A DNA stretch of 64,000 nt. Source: Shigella phage ESh24. Position 1 is the stretch's first letter; each line of letters opens with the position of its first letter. The stretch lies in the sequence record ON528734, one strand, 5' to 3'. Both the position numbers and the translations under genes were made by a program. A model generated the notes under the pieces. That model ran no database searches. It worked only from the letters and a program-made list of their open reading frames with translations, and was not told the origin of the DNA. Of the stretch, positions 31,865 through 40,715 are shown one piece after another.

Positions 31865-32340
31865 TTGTAAAATATATCAAGGGCGATATTGTCGCCCTAT
31901 TTCTTCAAGGTAATATTATTGCGCACGGGTGCAATTGTTTTCATACAATGGGCAGTGGTGTAGCTGGTCAATTAGCAAGAGCCTATCCCAAAATTTTAGA
32001 AATAGATAAGACCACAACTGAATATGGTTCGCGTGAAAAACTCGGTGATATGTCTATTGTTTTTAAACATAAACCTAATGGTTTTGGCATATGTTATAAC
32101 TTGTATACGCAATACGAACCAGGTCCTAATCTTGATTATGGTGCTTTAGTAAACTGTATGATAGAATTAAATCTACAGGCAGAAACCCTTTTGTTTAAAC
32201 CGATAATTTACATTCCACGCATAGGTTGTGGTATTGCTGGCGGCGATTGGGATAAAGTTTCTAAATTAATCGACATGTTTACTCCTGATATTGATTTAAT
32301 AGTGGTGGATTATGAAAGTACATTACCCGCATCCGTTTGA
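31861..32340 (+). CDS. macro-domain-like protein (ADP-ribose binding/processing fold)
   Basis: 159 aa; IKGDIV…NIIAHGCNCFHTMGSGVAGQLA resembles the TARG1/OARD1-type macro-domain motif. Confidence 0.5.
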   Translation: MIVKYIKGDIVALFLQGNIIAHGCNCFHTMGSGVAGQLARAYPKILEIDKTTTEYGSREKLGDMSIVFKHKPNGFGICYNLYTQYEPGPNLDYGALVNCMIELNLQAETLLFKPIIYIPRIGCGIAGGDWDKVSKLIDMFTPDIDLIVVDYESTLPASV

Positions 32341-32524
32341 TCCTAAAAACAAAGCAGTAATTATTCGTCAATGGGAACGCATTTGCCGTACTAAATGTCC
32401 AATTAATAGTCCACATGATGTAGATAAAGACTACATTGGAACATTCGTTGAATATACCTTTATTGATAAGAAAGGTCGTAAACAACATGTAGAAGAATAT
32501 TGCTTAAAGGTTACATGGTTATGA
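32312..32524 (+). CDS. small hypothetical protein
   Basis: 70 aa; RBS ggtgga; overlaps end of the previous gene in another frame. Confidence 0.4.
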   Translation: MKVHYPHPFDPKNKAVIIRQWERICRTKCPINSPHDVDKDYIGTFVEYTFIDKKGRKQHVEEYCLKVTWL

Positions 32525-32727
32525 GCCAAACTAATATTCTTAAAAATGCCCACTGTGAAAAGTGTAAGTGGCCGGTTGTTTTTGCTTTATGCAACGATGA
32601 AATGGCTTGTGATTTCGATTATTGGTGCTATTGTTCTAATAAAGGATGCATCAATCATAAAGGTGAAGGATTTTATTCAGGATTTTATCCTTATCCTGAT
32701 TTCGTTAAAGAAGGTAAACCAAAATGA
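32515..32727 (+). CDS. Cys-rich small protein (putative metal-binding)
   Basis: ~70 aa with 9 Cys (CEKCKW…CNDEMACDFDYWCYCSNKGC); six-frame start at 32500 is TTG, ATG at 32515/32521. Confidence 0.5.
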   Translation: MVMSQTNILKNAHCEKCKWPVVFALCNDEMACDFDYWCYCSNKGCINHKGEGFYSGFYPYPDFVKEGKPK

Positions 32728-32897
32728 ATAGTTTTGAGTTACAATACGAAGTGTTACGTGAGCTTGATAATTTAATTGAACTCGCTGTTAATAAAGGTTT
32801 TGCCATTGGAATCGGTCAAAAAGATACTGGTCATTTAACTATGGAAATATTTAAGCAAAAGCGAATTATTTTAAAACTCCTGGAAATTAATATATGA
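32724..32897 (+). CDS. small hypothetical protein
   Basis: 57 aa; ATGA overlaps on both sides. Confidence 0.4.
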   Translation: MNSFELQYEVLRELDNLIELAVNKGFAIGIGQKDTGHLTMEIFKQKRIILKLLEINI

Positions 32898-33079
32898 GTC
32901 TGAGTAAAGAACAAAAAGATAAATTGTTTGAGCTTATTCATGAACTTCTAGATGAGCATATAGAAGCAAACACCTTTTATGATGAATACGGCCCGCTATC
33001 TCCAGAACAGCAGGAAGAATTTGCTGATCGGTTTGATAAGAAAGAAAACGAATTAATAGCTTATGTGAATACGCTTTAA
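32894..33079 (+). CDS. small acidic helical protein
   Basis: 61 aa, MSLSKEQKDKLFELIHELLDEH…. Confidence 0.5.
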   Translation: MSLSKEQKDKLFELIHELLDEHIEANTFYDEYGPLSPEQQEEFADRFDKKENELIAYVNTL

Positions 33080-33088
33080 GAAGGTGAT

Positions 33089-33670
33089 ATGGCGAGTTTA
33101 ATTTTTACTTATGCAGCAATGAATGCTGGAAAATCTGCTTCTCTTTTGACTGCTGCACATAATTATAAAGAGCGTGGAATGAGTGTATTAGTTCTTAAGC
33201 CTGCTATTGATACTCGCGATTCTGTCTGTGAAGTCGTTTCTCGCATTGGAATTAAGCAGGAAGCGAATATTATTACAGATGATATGGACATTTTCGAATT
33301 CTATAAATGGGCTGAAGCACAAAAAGATATTCATTGCGTATTTGTAGATGAAGCTCAGTTTTTAAAAACTGAACAGGTGCACCAATTAAGCCGAATTGTT
33401 GATACATATAATGTTCCTGTTATGGCTTATGGATTAAGGACTGATTTCGCTGGAAAATTGTTTGAAGGTTCTAAAGAACTTTTAGCGATTGCAGATAAAC
33501 TTATTGAACTAAAGGCAGTTTGTCATTGCGGCAAAAAAGCGATTATGACAGCTCGATTAATGGAAGATGGAACACCAGTTAAAGAAGGTAATCAAATCTG
33601 TATTGGTGATGAAATTTATGTTTCTTTGTGTAGAAAACATTGGAATGAATTAACTAAAAAGCTTGGTTAG
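33089..33670 (+). CDS. tk: thymidine kinase
   Basis: 193 aa; P-loop AAMNAGKSASLL; C-terminal Zn ribbon cysteines; same length as T4 Tk. Confidence 0.93.
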   Translation: MASLIFTYAAMNAGKSASLLTAAHNYKERGMSVLVLKPAIDTRDSVCEVVSRIGIKQEANIITDDMDIFEFYKWAEAQKDIHCVFVDEAQFLKTEQVHQLSRIVDTYNVPVMAYGLRTDFAGKLFEGSKELLAIADKLIELKAVCHCGKKAIMTARLMEDGTPVKEGNQICIGDEIYVSLCRKHWNELTKKLG

Positions 33671-33712
33671 TGCAAAAGTTATAAATAGGTTTATCTAACT
33701 AAAGGGGTATAT

Positions 33713-33925
33713 ATGCTACAATTAACTGAAAAGCAACTTCGCAATCTTACTGTGCTTCAATTAGATGAAATTCGTAGGGAAGTTGGAAATATCATTTCAG
33801 CTTTGCGTCGAGAAGTATCACTCAACCAATCTCCGGCAGACTATACTAGATTGCGAAATTTTGAAAAATACCTTGATAAAGTTAAGGCCGTGCATCGGCA
33901 TAAAGTAAATACAGGACAAAAATGA
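33713..33925 (+). CDS. hypothetical protein
   Basis: 70-aa ORF, RBS aaagggg. Confidence 0.5.
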
Positions 33926-33937
33926 TAGGAGGCCTTT

Positions 33938-34231
33938 ATGGCCTTAAAAGCAACGGCACTATTTGCCATGCTAGGATTGTCATTTGTTTTATCTCCACCA
34001 ATTGAAGCGAATGTCGATCCTCATTTTGATAAATTTATGGAATCTGGTATTAGGCACGTTTATATGCTTTTTGAAAATAAAAGCGTAGAATCGTCTGAAC
34101 AATTCTATAGTTTTATGAGAACGACCTATAAAAATGACCCGTGCTCTTCTGATTTTGAATGTATAGAACGAGGCGCGGAGATGGCACAATCATACGCTAG
34201 AATTATGAACATTAAATTGGAGACTGAATGA
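33938..34231 (+). CDS. rI: lysis-inhibition regulator (antiholin) RI
   Basis: 97 aa with signal-anchor MALKATALFAMLGLSFVLS; matches T4 RI as I recall it. Confidence 0.85.
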   Translation: MALKATALFAMLGLSFVLSPPIEANVDPHFDKFMESGIRHVYMLFENKSVESSEQFYSFMRTTYKNDPCSSDFECIERGAEMAQSYARIMNIKLETE

Positions 34232-34614
34232 AATTCAGCGACTTTTCACAAAGTGGAAAACCTTCAAAGGCAGATGAATACTTAGGTTTATTAATGGCTG
34301 CACAAGCTTATTTTCATTCTGCACATTTTGAAACTAAAAGTTATGCTAGACACAAAGCATACGATTTTATTTTTTCTGAGTTACCAGATTTGATTGACAA
34401 ATTTGGTGAGCAATATTTGGGGTACTCTGGTAGAAAATACACACCTTCAATTCCAGATGCCAGTAAACTTCCTACCGACACAATTAAAATGATTGATCGC
34501 ATACTAGACCAATCTGACAGCATTTATAAAGAAATGCCTCCAGCCATCCAAAGCACGATAGATGATATTACTGGAATGTTTTACCAGAGTAAGTATCTTC
34601 TTTCCCTCGAATAA
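34228..34614 (+). CDS. hypothetical protein (rI-adjacent)
   Basis: 128-aa ORF, start overlaps rI stop; followed by a terminator. Confidence 0.6.
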
Positions 34615-34618
34615 CATT

Positions 34619-34642
34619 AGTCTCCTTCGGGAGACTTTTTTC
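34619..34642 (+). terminator. intrinsic terminator
   Basis: agtctcc-ttcg-ggagact hairpin followed by TTTTTT. Confidence 0.7.
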
Positions 34643-34651
34643 ATTTTACCG

Positions 34652-34682
34652 GTTTACTTTTCGTTTGAGCCGTGGTACTATA
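34652..34682 (+). promoter_or_regulatory. early-type promoter (GTTTAC … TGGTACTATA) with conserved leader
   Basis: Shares the tggtactatacaac block with promoters at 23036, 38667 and 40106. Confidence 0.5.
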
Positions 34683-34709
34683 CAACCATCGGATAAAGAG
34701 GAGAACATC

Positions 34710-34898
34710 ATGAAAATTGAAGCACTCAATCAAGAAGGAAATATTTACGTCATCATTAATGGTGATTTTTTCGTCGACATGGATGAAGTTACTAGTGAAG
34801 AACTTGTAGAACTTCTTAAGAAACGTTATAATATGTGTGATGAAGTTGCAACTCACATGGCGTGTGCAATATTCTCTCTTTCATATGTGGTGGAATAA
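34710..34898 (+). CDS. small hypothetical protein
   Basis: 62 aa from ATG 34710 (RBS aagaggagaac). Confidence 0.55.
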
Positions 34899-35101
34899 TG
34901 ATTAGTATAGAGCAAGCAGATAAAATCAAGGAATTAGTGGCTTCAATTCGTAAAGCAGATGAGGAACTTAGTGACTTTGCTTGGTTTTCGTCAGGCATTG
35001 CAAATAAAGGTATTGATGAACTTGAAACTAAAGTTGATAATGCTTTAGAAGCGTTAGATATGTTTCTTGATGAAATTATCGATCATAATACGAGAGTTTA
35101 A
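34898..35101 (+). CDS. small acidic helical protein (tandem family)
   Basis: 67 aa from ATG 34898. Confidence 0.5.
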   Translation: MISIEQADKIKELVASIRKADEELSDFAWFSSGIANKGIDELETKVDNALEALDMFLDEIIDHNTRV

Positions 35102-35103
35102 GT

Positions 35104-35298
35104 ATGCTAACACGCGAACAGTTTGAAAAAATCATTAAATTAGCACGTGATATTGAAATAGATTCATACCAATTAGCAGTTGAGCATTGTGAAGGATATT
35201 CATACGACGGTATAGAAACAGCTAAAAAGGATTTGGATAAATCTAAAGCTAAGTTAGTTCAATATCTTGAAATGATTAGGTGGAATAATGAAAACTGA
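35104..35298 (+). CDS. small acidic helical protein (tandem family)
   Basis: 64 aa, MLTREQFEKIIKLARDIEID…. Confidence 0.5.
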   Translation: MLTREQFEKIIKLARDIEIDSYQLAVEHCEGYSYDGIETAKKDLDKSKAKLVQYLEMIRWNNEN

Positions 35299-35461
35299 AA
35301 AGCAGATGCTTTTAATGAAACTAATTGAAGAATATGCTAACGCAGTTTCTGACTATGAATGTTCTTCTCGGGAAAGAGGTACAGCTTTCGCCAAAGAAGA
35401 AATGAAAATCATGGTTGATGCTCATACAAAGCTTCAAAATTTTATTGAAAACGTCATTTAA
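35288..35461 (+). CDS. small acidic helical protein (tandem family)
   Basis: 57 aa, MKTEKQMLLMKLIEEYANAV…. Confidence 0.45.
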   Translation: MKTEKQMLLMKLIEEYANAVSDYECSSRERGTAFAKEEMKIMVDAHTKLQNFIENVI

Positions 35462-35463
35462 TG

Positions 35464-35496
35464 GTTTACAAGTTGGCAAGGTTATGGTATAGTAAT
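35464..35496 (+). promoter_or_regulatory. early-type promoter (GTTTACA … TGGTATAGTAAT)
   Basis: -35/-10-like elements upstream of a 34-codon leader ORF (35522-35626) and gene 35626. Confidence 0.45.
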
Positions 35497-35625
35497 CTTG
35501 TCAACTGTTAAGGAGAAGAGAATGAAAGTTTTGTTTGTTGTGTATGTAATGATTCAATATAATCACCCAATGTTTACTTATAATCTGGTGAACAACATTA
35601 TTGATATTATTCAAAGGAGTATGTA

Positions 35626-35811
35626 ATGACAAGTGAGCAGGCTTTTAAATTAAGAGAATTAATTGAGACGTATAGTAAAGCTGTTCATACATCAACAATT
35701 ATTGATGAATCAGCTTTCTCCGGACATGCCAACAAGATTAAATACAAAACTCTTATGGAAGAAGCTAAAGTAAATCTTGATTCTTATATTGAAACTTTAA
35801 TTGGTGAATAA
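35626..35811 (+). CDS. small acidic helical protein (tandem family)
   Basis: 61 aa, MTSEQAFKLRELIETYSKAV…. Confidence 0.5.
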   Translation: MTSEQAFKLRELIETYSKAVHTSTIIDESAFSGHANKIKYKTLMEEAKVNLDSYIETLIGE

Positions 35812-35812
35812 C

Positions 35813-36079
35813 ATGGGCTTTCCTAAATTAGAAGTAGGTGATTTGGTCTTAACAAAATTATGGAATGATGTTCAATCAGTAGAAATCTGTCAATATCGTG
35901 GAGCAACAGGTAATTTGATGTACACGATTTATAATCCAGAAATTTTATTAGAGTGTCATTTGGAACGCTTTATAAAAGACACCGATAGTATGCCGTATAG
36001 TGTATCGATTGTACGTAAATCTGATACAAAGGAATACTCTAAAATTTTAGAACAAATCAGCGCAAATAAAAAGGATTAA
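35813..36079 (+). CDS. hypothetical protein
   Basis: 88 aa from ATG 35813; the six-frame start at 35801 is TTG. Confidence 0.5.
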   Translation: MGFPKLEVGDLVLTKLWNDVQSVEICQYRGATGNLMYTIYNPEILLECHLERFIKDTDSMPYSVSIVRKSDTKEYSKILEQISANKKD

Positions 36080-36080
36080 T

Positions 36081-36614
36081 ATGAAACGATTAGTATTAGA
36101 AGTTAGTCCACTTTTTGGTGAATTGGCTATAGAAAAAGTAAATAATATGTATCGTTTGACACAAGAAGACGATATGATGTATTTTACACCTAGTGAAATT
36201 ATTCATTTAACCCAAATTGAATATCCTTATACTGATAAAATAATAAGCATCAATGATGAGCACAAAATTCATTTTTATTCTTCATGCCCAGGATTTAATA
36301 TTAAAAGTGAGTCAATGTGTTTATCAGTTATCCATTGGGATAGTTTTATAGCCAAGATTAAATATTTTTATTATTCTAATGAAAGAAAACATAGTTTAAA
36401 ATGGCTCAAAAATTGTAATGCTATTATTACTAACGCTTGCAATCAGAATGATGAAACTCTTTTAAATGTATCAAAATGTTATGAAGAGGGAGATGTCTTA
36501 ACTATTCGTCAAATTGACGATTTTCGATCGCATATTGTCACATTTACCAAAGACGAAGCTATTGCACTAAAAGCTTATCTTGATTCTGTTATTCCAACTA
36601 TGATTTCAAAGTGA
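36081..36614 (+). CDS. hypothetical protein, paralogue A
   Basis: 177 aa; C-terminus …AIALKAYLDSVIPTMISK parallels the next gene. Confidence 0.6.
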   Translation: MKRLVLEVSPLFGELAIEKVNNMYRLTQEDDMMYFTPSEIIHLTQIEYPYTDKIISINDEHKIHFYSSCPGFNIKSESMCLSVIHWDSFIAKIKYFYYSNERKHSLKWLKNCNAIITNACNQNDETLLNVSKCYEEGDVLTIRQIDDFRSHIVTFTKDEAIALKAYLDSVIPTMISK

Positions 36615-36620
36615 GGAAAT

Positions 36621-37142
36621 ATGTTTATTTCAAGTGAAAGTGGTTTAATTCGTGCTGAATTTAAAAATGACATCTTTCTTATTCAAGGAGATGATATTAT
36701 TAAAATGAGTTATGACGAAATCAAGAAAATTTGTCATGCTCTTGAAAGTCATGGAAAAGTGAACGCTGTTATTGATATTGGCGATTTATGGGTGACACTT
36801 TATGAAGTATCCGAAGGATTTAACATTGAAGATGAAAATAACATTTTAGCTATTGATAAAAGAAGTGATTTGTTTGATGTATTAAAAGTTTATGAACAGT
36901 CAAATGGCGGAAGAAAAGCTGTATTGATTTATCAAAAACCGCATTCATGTGGAACTGCTTCAATCATTTCAAATATTGAAGATGAAACTGATACTTATAT
37001 GTGTGTTTTAAAAGCTGGTGGTGACCGTCATCCGGATTTTATTTCTATTCGTCAAAACAATGGAGAAATTTCATTATCAAAATCAGAAGCTGAAGCGATG
37101 ATTAAGTATTTAACAACCGTTACGCCTTCAATGAAAGGATAA
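36621..37142 (+). CDS. hypothetical protein, paralogue B
   Basis: 173 aa; C-terminus …AEAMIKYLTTVTPSMKG; RBS gtgaggaaat. Confidence 0.6.
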   Translation: MFISSESGLIRAEFKNDIFLIQGDDIIKMSYDEIKKICHALESHGKVNAVIDIGDLWVTLYEVSEGFNIEDENNILAIDKRSDLFDVLKVYEQSNGGRKAVLIYQKPHSCGTASIISNIEDETDTYMCVLKAGGDRHPDFISIRQNNGEISLSKSEAEAMIKYLTTVTPSMKG

Positions 37143-37144
37143 TT

Positions 37145-37606
37145 ATGATTATTAATGAAAACTCTTGGCACTATAAATTATTCAAATTGTTTAACGATGA
37201 ATGGCAACGACCTAAGACACTATGTGCATACTTTTGGTCTATTGTTATCCCTACATTTTTCGTTTCTATTTTTGGGTGTACTATACTCGTAGGGCTAACA
37301 ATTATTTGTGCAGAAAGCCTACAACGTTGGCTTATTTTCGGTAGTTTATGGACTCTTCTTCCATTAGCATTTATACTTGCGCTTTTGGTTGTTTTACTTA
37401 TTATCGGTTCATTTGTTATTCCTGCACATTTGCGTGAAAAATATAAAGATTATAAATGGAAAAAGGATTATGCTTTACACGTAGAAAATATTGATAGGGC
37501 GTATAAAGGTTTACCTCCTATTCAACCCAAGAAATCTATTATCGTCGAATTTTTAAAAGCTCGTAAAGCTAAAGTATGTCCTGTTATTGAATATAAGGCT
37601 GAATGA
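37145..37606 (+). CDS. integral membrane protein (~4 TM helices)
   Basis: 153 aa, strongly hydrophobic segments; RBS aaaggataatt. Confidence 0.6.
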   Translation: MIINENSWHYKLFKLFNDEWQRPKTLCAYFWSIVIPTFFVSIFGCTILVGLTIICAESLQRWLIFGSLWTLLPLAFILALLVVLLIIGSFVIPAHLREKYKDYKWKKDYALHVENIDRAYKGLPPIQPKKSIIVEFLKARKAKVCPVIEYKAE

Positions 37607-38616
37607 TGAAAACAGTAATGAAAAGCTATTTTGGTAGTCATCTTTATGGAACTTCTACCCCAGAATCTGATGTAGATTTTAAAGAAATTTTTGTTCCTCC
37701 TGCTCGCGATATTCTTATCGGAAATGTTAAAGAGCATATGAGCAAAAACACTAACAACACATCATCTAAAAACACTAAAGATGATATTGACCATGAACTA
37801 TACAGTCTTAAGTATTTCTTTAAATTAGCAGCAGATGGTGAAACCGTAGCATTGGATATGCTTCACACTCCACCTGAACTAGTGGTTAAATCTGATTTGC
37901 CTGATGTGTGGAAGTTTATTCAAGACAACCGTTCTCGTTTTTATACGACTAACATGAAATCCTATTTAGGATATGTTCGCAAGCAAGCTTCTAAATACGG
38001 TGTCAAGGGTTCTCGTTTGGCTGCATTACGCGATGTATTGAAAGTAGTTAATCAAATCCCTGAGCAATGGGTTGATTACCAAGAAGATGGTTCTATTAAG
38101 CAGCGTCGTACTAAAGTTGAAGATATTAAGCATCGTCTTCCAGAAAACGAATTCTGTGAATGGGTGTTCCATAATCATGAGAAAACAGGTCCACAAACGT
38201 TCTATACTGTATTGGGTCGTAAATATCAGACAACTCTTTCTCTTATTGAGCTTAAGCAGTCACTGAACAAATTAGATGCTGAATATGGTGAACGTGCTCG
38301 TAAGGCCGAAGCCAATGAAGGTATTGACTGGAAAGCACTAAGTCATGCTTGTCGTGGTGGACTTCAACTATTGGAAATTTACAAAACTGGCGACTTAGTT
38401 TATCCACTCAAAGATGCTCCTTTTATTCTCGACGTGAAGTTGGGTAAGCATCCATTTAAAACGGTTCAAGAGTTTTTGGAAGATGTGGTCGATCAAGTAG
38501 AAGCAGCATCTACTGAAGCTTCTAAGAACGGTATGCAACAAAAAGTAGACATGAGTTTCTGGGATGACTTCCTTGAGAAGGTCTATCTTGAAAACCACCG
38601 AAATTATTATAAATGA
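37603..38616 (+). CDS. nucleotidyltransferase-fold protein
   Basis: 337 aa; N-terminal NTase signature FGSHLYGTSTPESDVDF (GS…DxD); followed by a terminator. Confidence 0.6.
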   Translation: MMKTVMKSYFGSHLYGTSTPESDVDFKEIFVPPARDILIGNVKEHMSKNTNNTSSKNTKDDIDHELYSLKYFFKLAADGETVALDMLHTPPELVVKSDLPDVWKFIQDNRSRFYTTNMKSYLGYVRKQASKYGVKGSRLAALRDVLKVVNQIPEQWVDYQEDGSIKQRRTKVEDIKHRLPENEFCEWVFHNHEKTGPQTFYTVLGRKYQTTLSLIELKQSLNKLDAEYGERARKAEANEGIDWKALSHACRGGLQLLEIYKTGDLVYPLKDAPFILDVKLGKHPFKTVQEFLEDVVDQVEAASTEASKNGMQQKVDMSFWDDFLEKVYLENHRNYYK

Positions 38617-38618
38617 TA

Positions 38619-38642
38619 GGGAGCCTTCGGGCTCCCTTTTTT
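38619..38642 (+). terminator. intrinsic terminator
   Basis: gggagcc-ttcg-ggctccc hairpin followed by TTTTTT. Confidence 0.75.
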
Positions 38643-38666
38643 ATTTCAAAAATTTTTCACAAAGTT

Positions 38667-38697
38667 GTTTACAAGCATAAAGCTTTATGGTACTATA
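38667..38697 (+). promoter_or_regulatory. early-type promoter (GTTTACA … TGGTACTAT) with conserved leader
   Basis: aatttttcacaaagttgtttaca upstream block; leader tatacaactatcaact…ggagaataaaATG near-identical to that of the 23109 gene. Confidence 0.5.
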
Positions 38698-38730
38698 CAA
38701 CTATCAACTGATACGGATTTGGAGAATAAA

Positions 38731-39699
38731 ATGAAAACTGTAACTATCAATAAGGGTATCTACTTTGGCAAAGAAATCTCTGGAACTTTTGAACTCTTAG
38801 GTGAATGGTTCCCAGATAATGCTCCAGTAGATGCACAAGGAGATGGTAAAGTTTTTGTTGAAATTGACGGTAAACGTCGCGGTGTTTGGGTTTACAAATC
38901 AGACATTTCATATGATGGTGTAAAAGTTGAAGAAGTTAAAGAATCGTATGAAGATATGAAAACCCGCATTAATAAAAGATTTAATGTTATGGGAATGATG
39001 ACGAATGGTATTATTAACGGAAACATTCGTTCATTAATTATCTCTGGTGCGGCGGGTATTGGTAAAACGTATTCTTTAGATAAAGCTTTAAATAAAGCAA
39101 ATGATATTGGATACATTGAATATAAAAGCATTAACGGTAAAATCTCTGGTATCGGTCTTTATGAACAGCTTTGGAATAATCGTGAAGAGAATTCTGTCCT
39201 TTTGATTGATGATGTGGATGTTTTCTCTGATATGGACATTCTTAATCTTCTGAAAGCTGCTCTGGACACCGGAGAGACCCGTAAAGTCTGCTGGAGCACC
39301 GCATCTTCTTACTTAGAAGAAAAAGGCATTGAGCGTGAGTTTGAATTTAAAGGAACGATTGTTTTTATCACAAACGTTGACATTGACCGCGAATTAGACC
39401 GTGGTACTAAACTTGCTCCACATTTACAAGCATTAGTGTCCCGCTCAGTTTATTTGGATTTGGGTGTTCACACTAATGAAGAAATTATGGTCAGGGTTGA
39501 AGATGTTATTCTTTCAACTGACATGATGCAAAAGCGCGGTCTTTCTGATGAAGAAACTTATAAAGCATTATCATGGATGAAAGTCAATGTTAATCGTTTA
39601 CGCAATGTTTCACTGCGTACTGCACTTTATCTTGCTGACTTTATTATGACCGACAAAAATGGTTGGGAAGAAATTGCTGAGGTTACTCTTCTGAAATAA
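38731..39699 (+). CDS. AAA-type P-loop ATPase
   Basis: 322 aa from ATG 38731 (RBS ggagaataaa); Walker A GAAGIGKT, Walker B-like VLLIDDVD. Confidence 0.65.
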   Translation: MKTVTINKGIYFGKEISGTFELLGEWFPDNAPVDAQGDGKVFVEIDGKRRGVWVYKSDISYDGVKVEEVKESYEDMKTRINKRFNVMGMMTNGIINGNIRSLIISGAAGIGKTYSLDKALNKANDIGYIEYKSINGKISGIGLYEQLWNNREENSVLLIDDVDVFSDMDILNLLKAALDTGETRKVCWSTASSYLEEKGIEREFEFKGTIVFITNVDIDRELDRGTKLAPHLQALVSRSVYLDLGVHTNEEIMVRVEDVILSTDMMQKRGLSDEETYKALSWMKVNVNRLRNVSLRTALYLADFIMTDKNGWEEIAEVTLLK

Positions 39700-39797
39700 T
39701 TCATAAGAGGCCTTCTAAGATAAAAAGGCAGTTCAGAAATAGATTATATGGACTGCCATTAAAAAGATGACTAGAATTAAACTGGTAAATGGAGGTA

Positions 39798-40103
39798 ATG
39801 ATGTTATACTCAAAGGCTCGTGAAATTTACGAAACTAAAATTAAAGAAGCAGTATTTCAGTTCGCAACAACGATGCGATGGACAAATGATTGGGAATATT
39901 CAAAAAATCATAAGAAGCCCATGGTGACAAGAAAGGCTCATGTGTTAGTGTTAATAGACCGTGAGCAGATTAAAGCCCGAGAAGCCCTCCAGAATCATAA
40001 AAAGGCTGCCTTTGAATGGTTTATGGATAACACTGCTCCTGAGACTAAGAAAGCAGTGAGCGCTTGGTTCAGTGGAAAAAATTGTGAAAGAAGTTTCTTT
40101 TAG
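39798..40103 (+). CDS. hypothetical protein
   Basis: ~101 aa; RBS ggagg; start among ATGs at 39789/39798/39801. Confidence 0.55.
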   Translation: MMLYSKAREIYETKIKEAVFQFATTMRWTNDWEYSKNHKKPMVTRKAHVLVLIDREQIKAREALQNHKKAAFEWFMDNTAPETKKAVSAWFSGKNCERSFF

Positions 40104-40105
40104 TT

Positions 40106-40136
40106 GTTTACAAGACAGTTCCTCTGTGGTACTATA
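40106..40136 (+). promoter_or_regulatory. early-type promoter (GTTTACA … TGGTACTAT) with conserved leader
   Basis: Same cassette as at 23036 and 38667. Confidence 0.5.
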
Positions 40137-40163
40137 CAACTATCAACTACGGAGGAACAGAAA

Positions 40164-40691
40164 ATGAATGCTAAAGATATTTTCAACTTGGTAAACTACA
40201 ATGATGGTAAATTTAAATCTGAAGCTCAAAGCAAGTTTTTTAATGATGTCTCAATCGGTGGTGAAATCACGGTTGATGGAGGACAAGTTTATAAATCTCG
40301 TTGGAATTGGATCGTTATTATCGATGAGATTGGTATTGTAGAAATTTACAAGAATACGAATAAAAATCGTACATTACACTGGTCTCGTGATACTAACGAA
40401 CAGTACAAAAAGGATAAAGCATCTAAATTATCTCGTGTAACTCAAGAAGATATTGAGTTCATCAAAAAGGATATTTTGATGTATGATAACTTAATTGCTG
40501 AAGAGCAAGCTGTTATTGATAAATTTGACGAGATTAAAGCTTCTCGTGAAATTCCTGATTTTATGAAAGAATCAGTAAATGAACGATACACTCTCATTTC
40601 AGAGCGTATTGAAACTTACAAAAAGCAAAGAGCTGAACGCCAGAACACTCTTCGGAAATTTGAAGAACGGTTAAAGACGGTACTCGCATAA
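40164..40691 (+). CDS. hypothetical protein
   Basis: 175 aa from ATG 40164 (RBS ggaggaacag). Confidence 0.6.
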   Translation: MNAKDIFNLVNYNDGKFKSEAQSKFFNDVSIGGEITVDGGQVYKSRWNWIVIIDEIGIVEIYKNTNKNRTLHWSRDTNEQYKKDKASKLSRVTQEDIEFIKKDILMYDNLIAEEQAVIDKFDEIKASREIPDFMKESVNERYTLISERIETYKKQRAERQNTLRKFEERLKTVLA

Positions 40692-40715
40692 CCGCTTTAT
40701 ACCAAGGATGGTATA

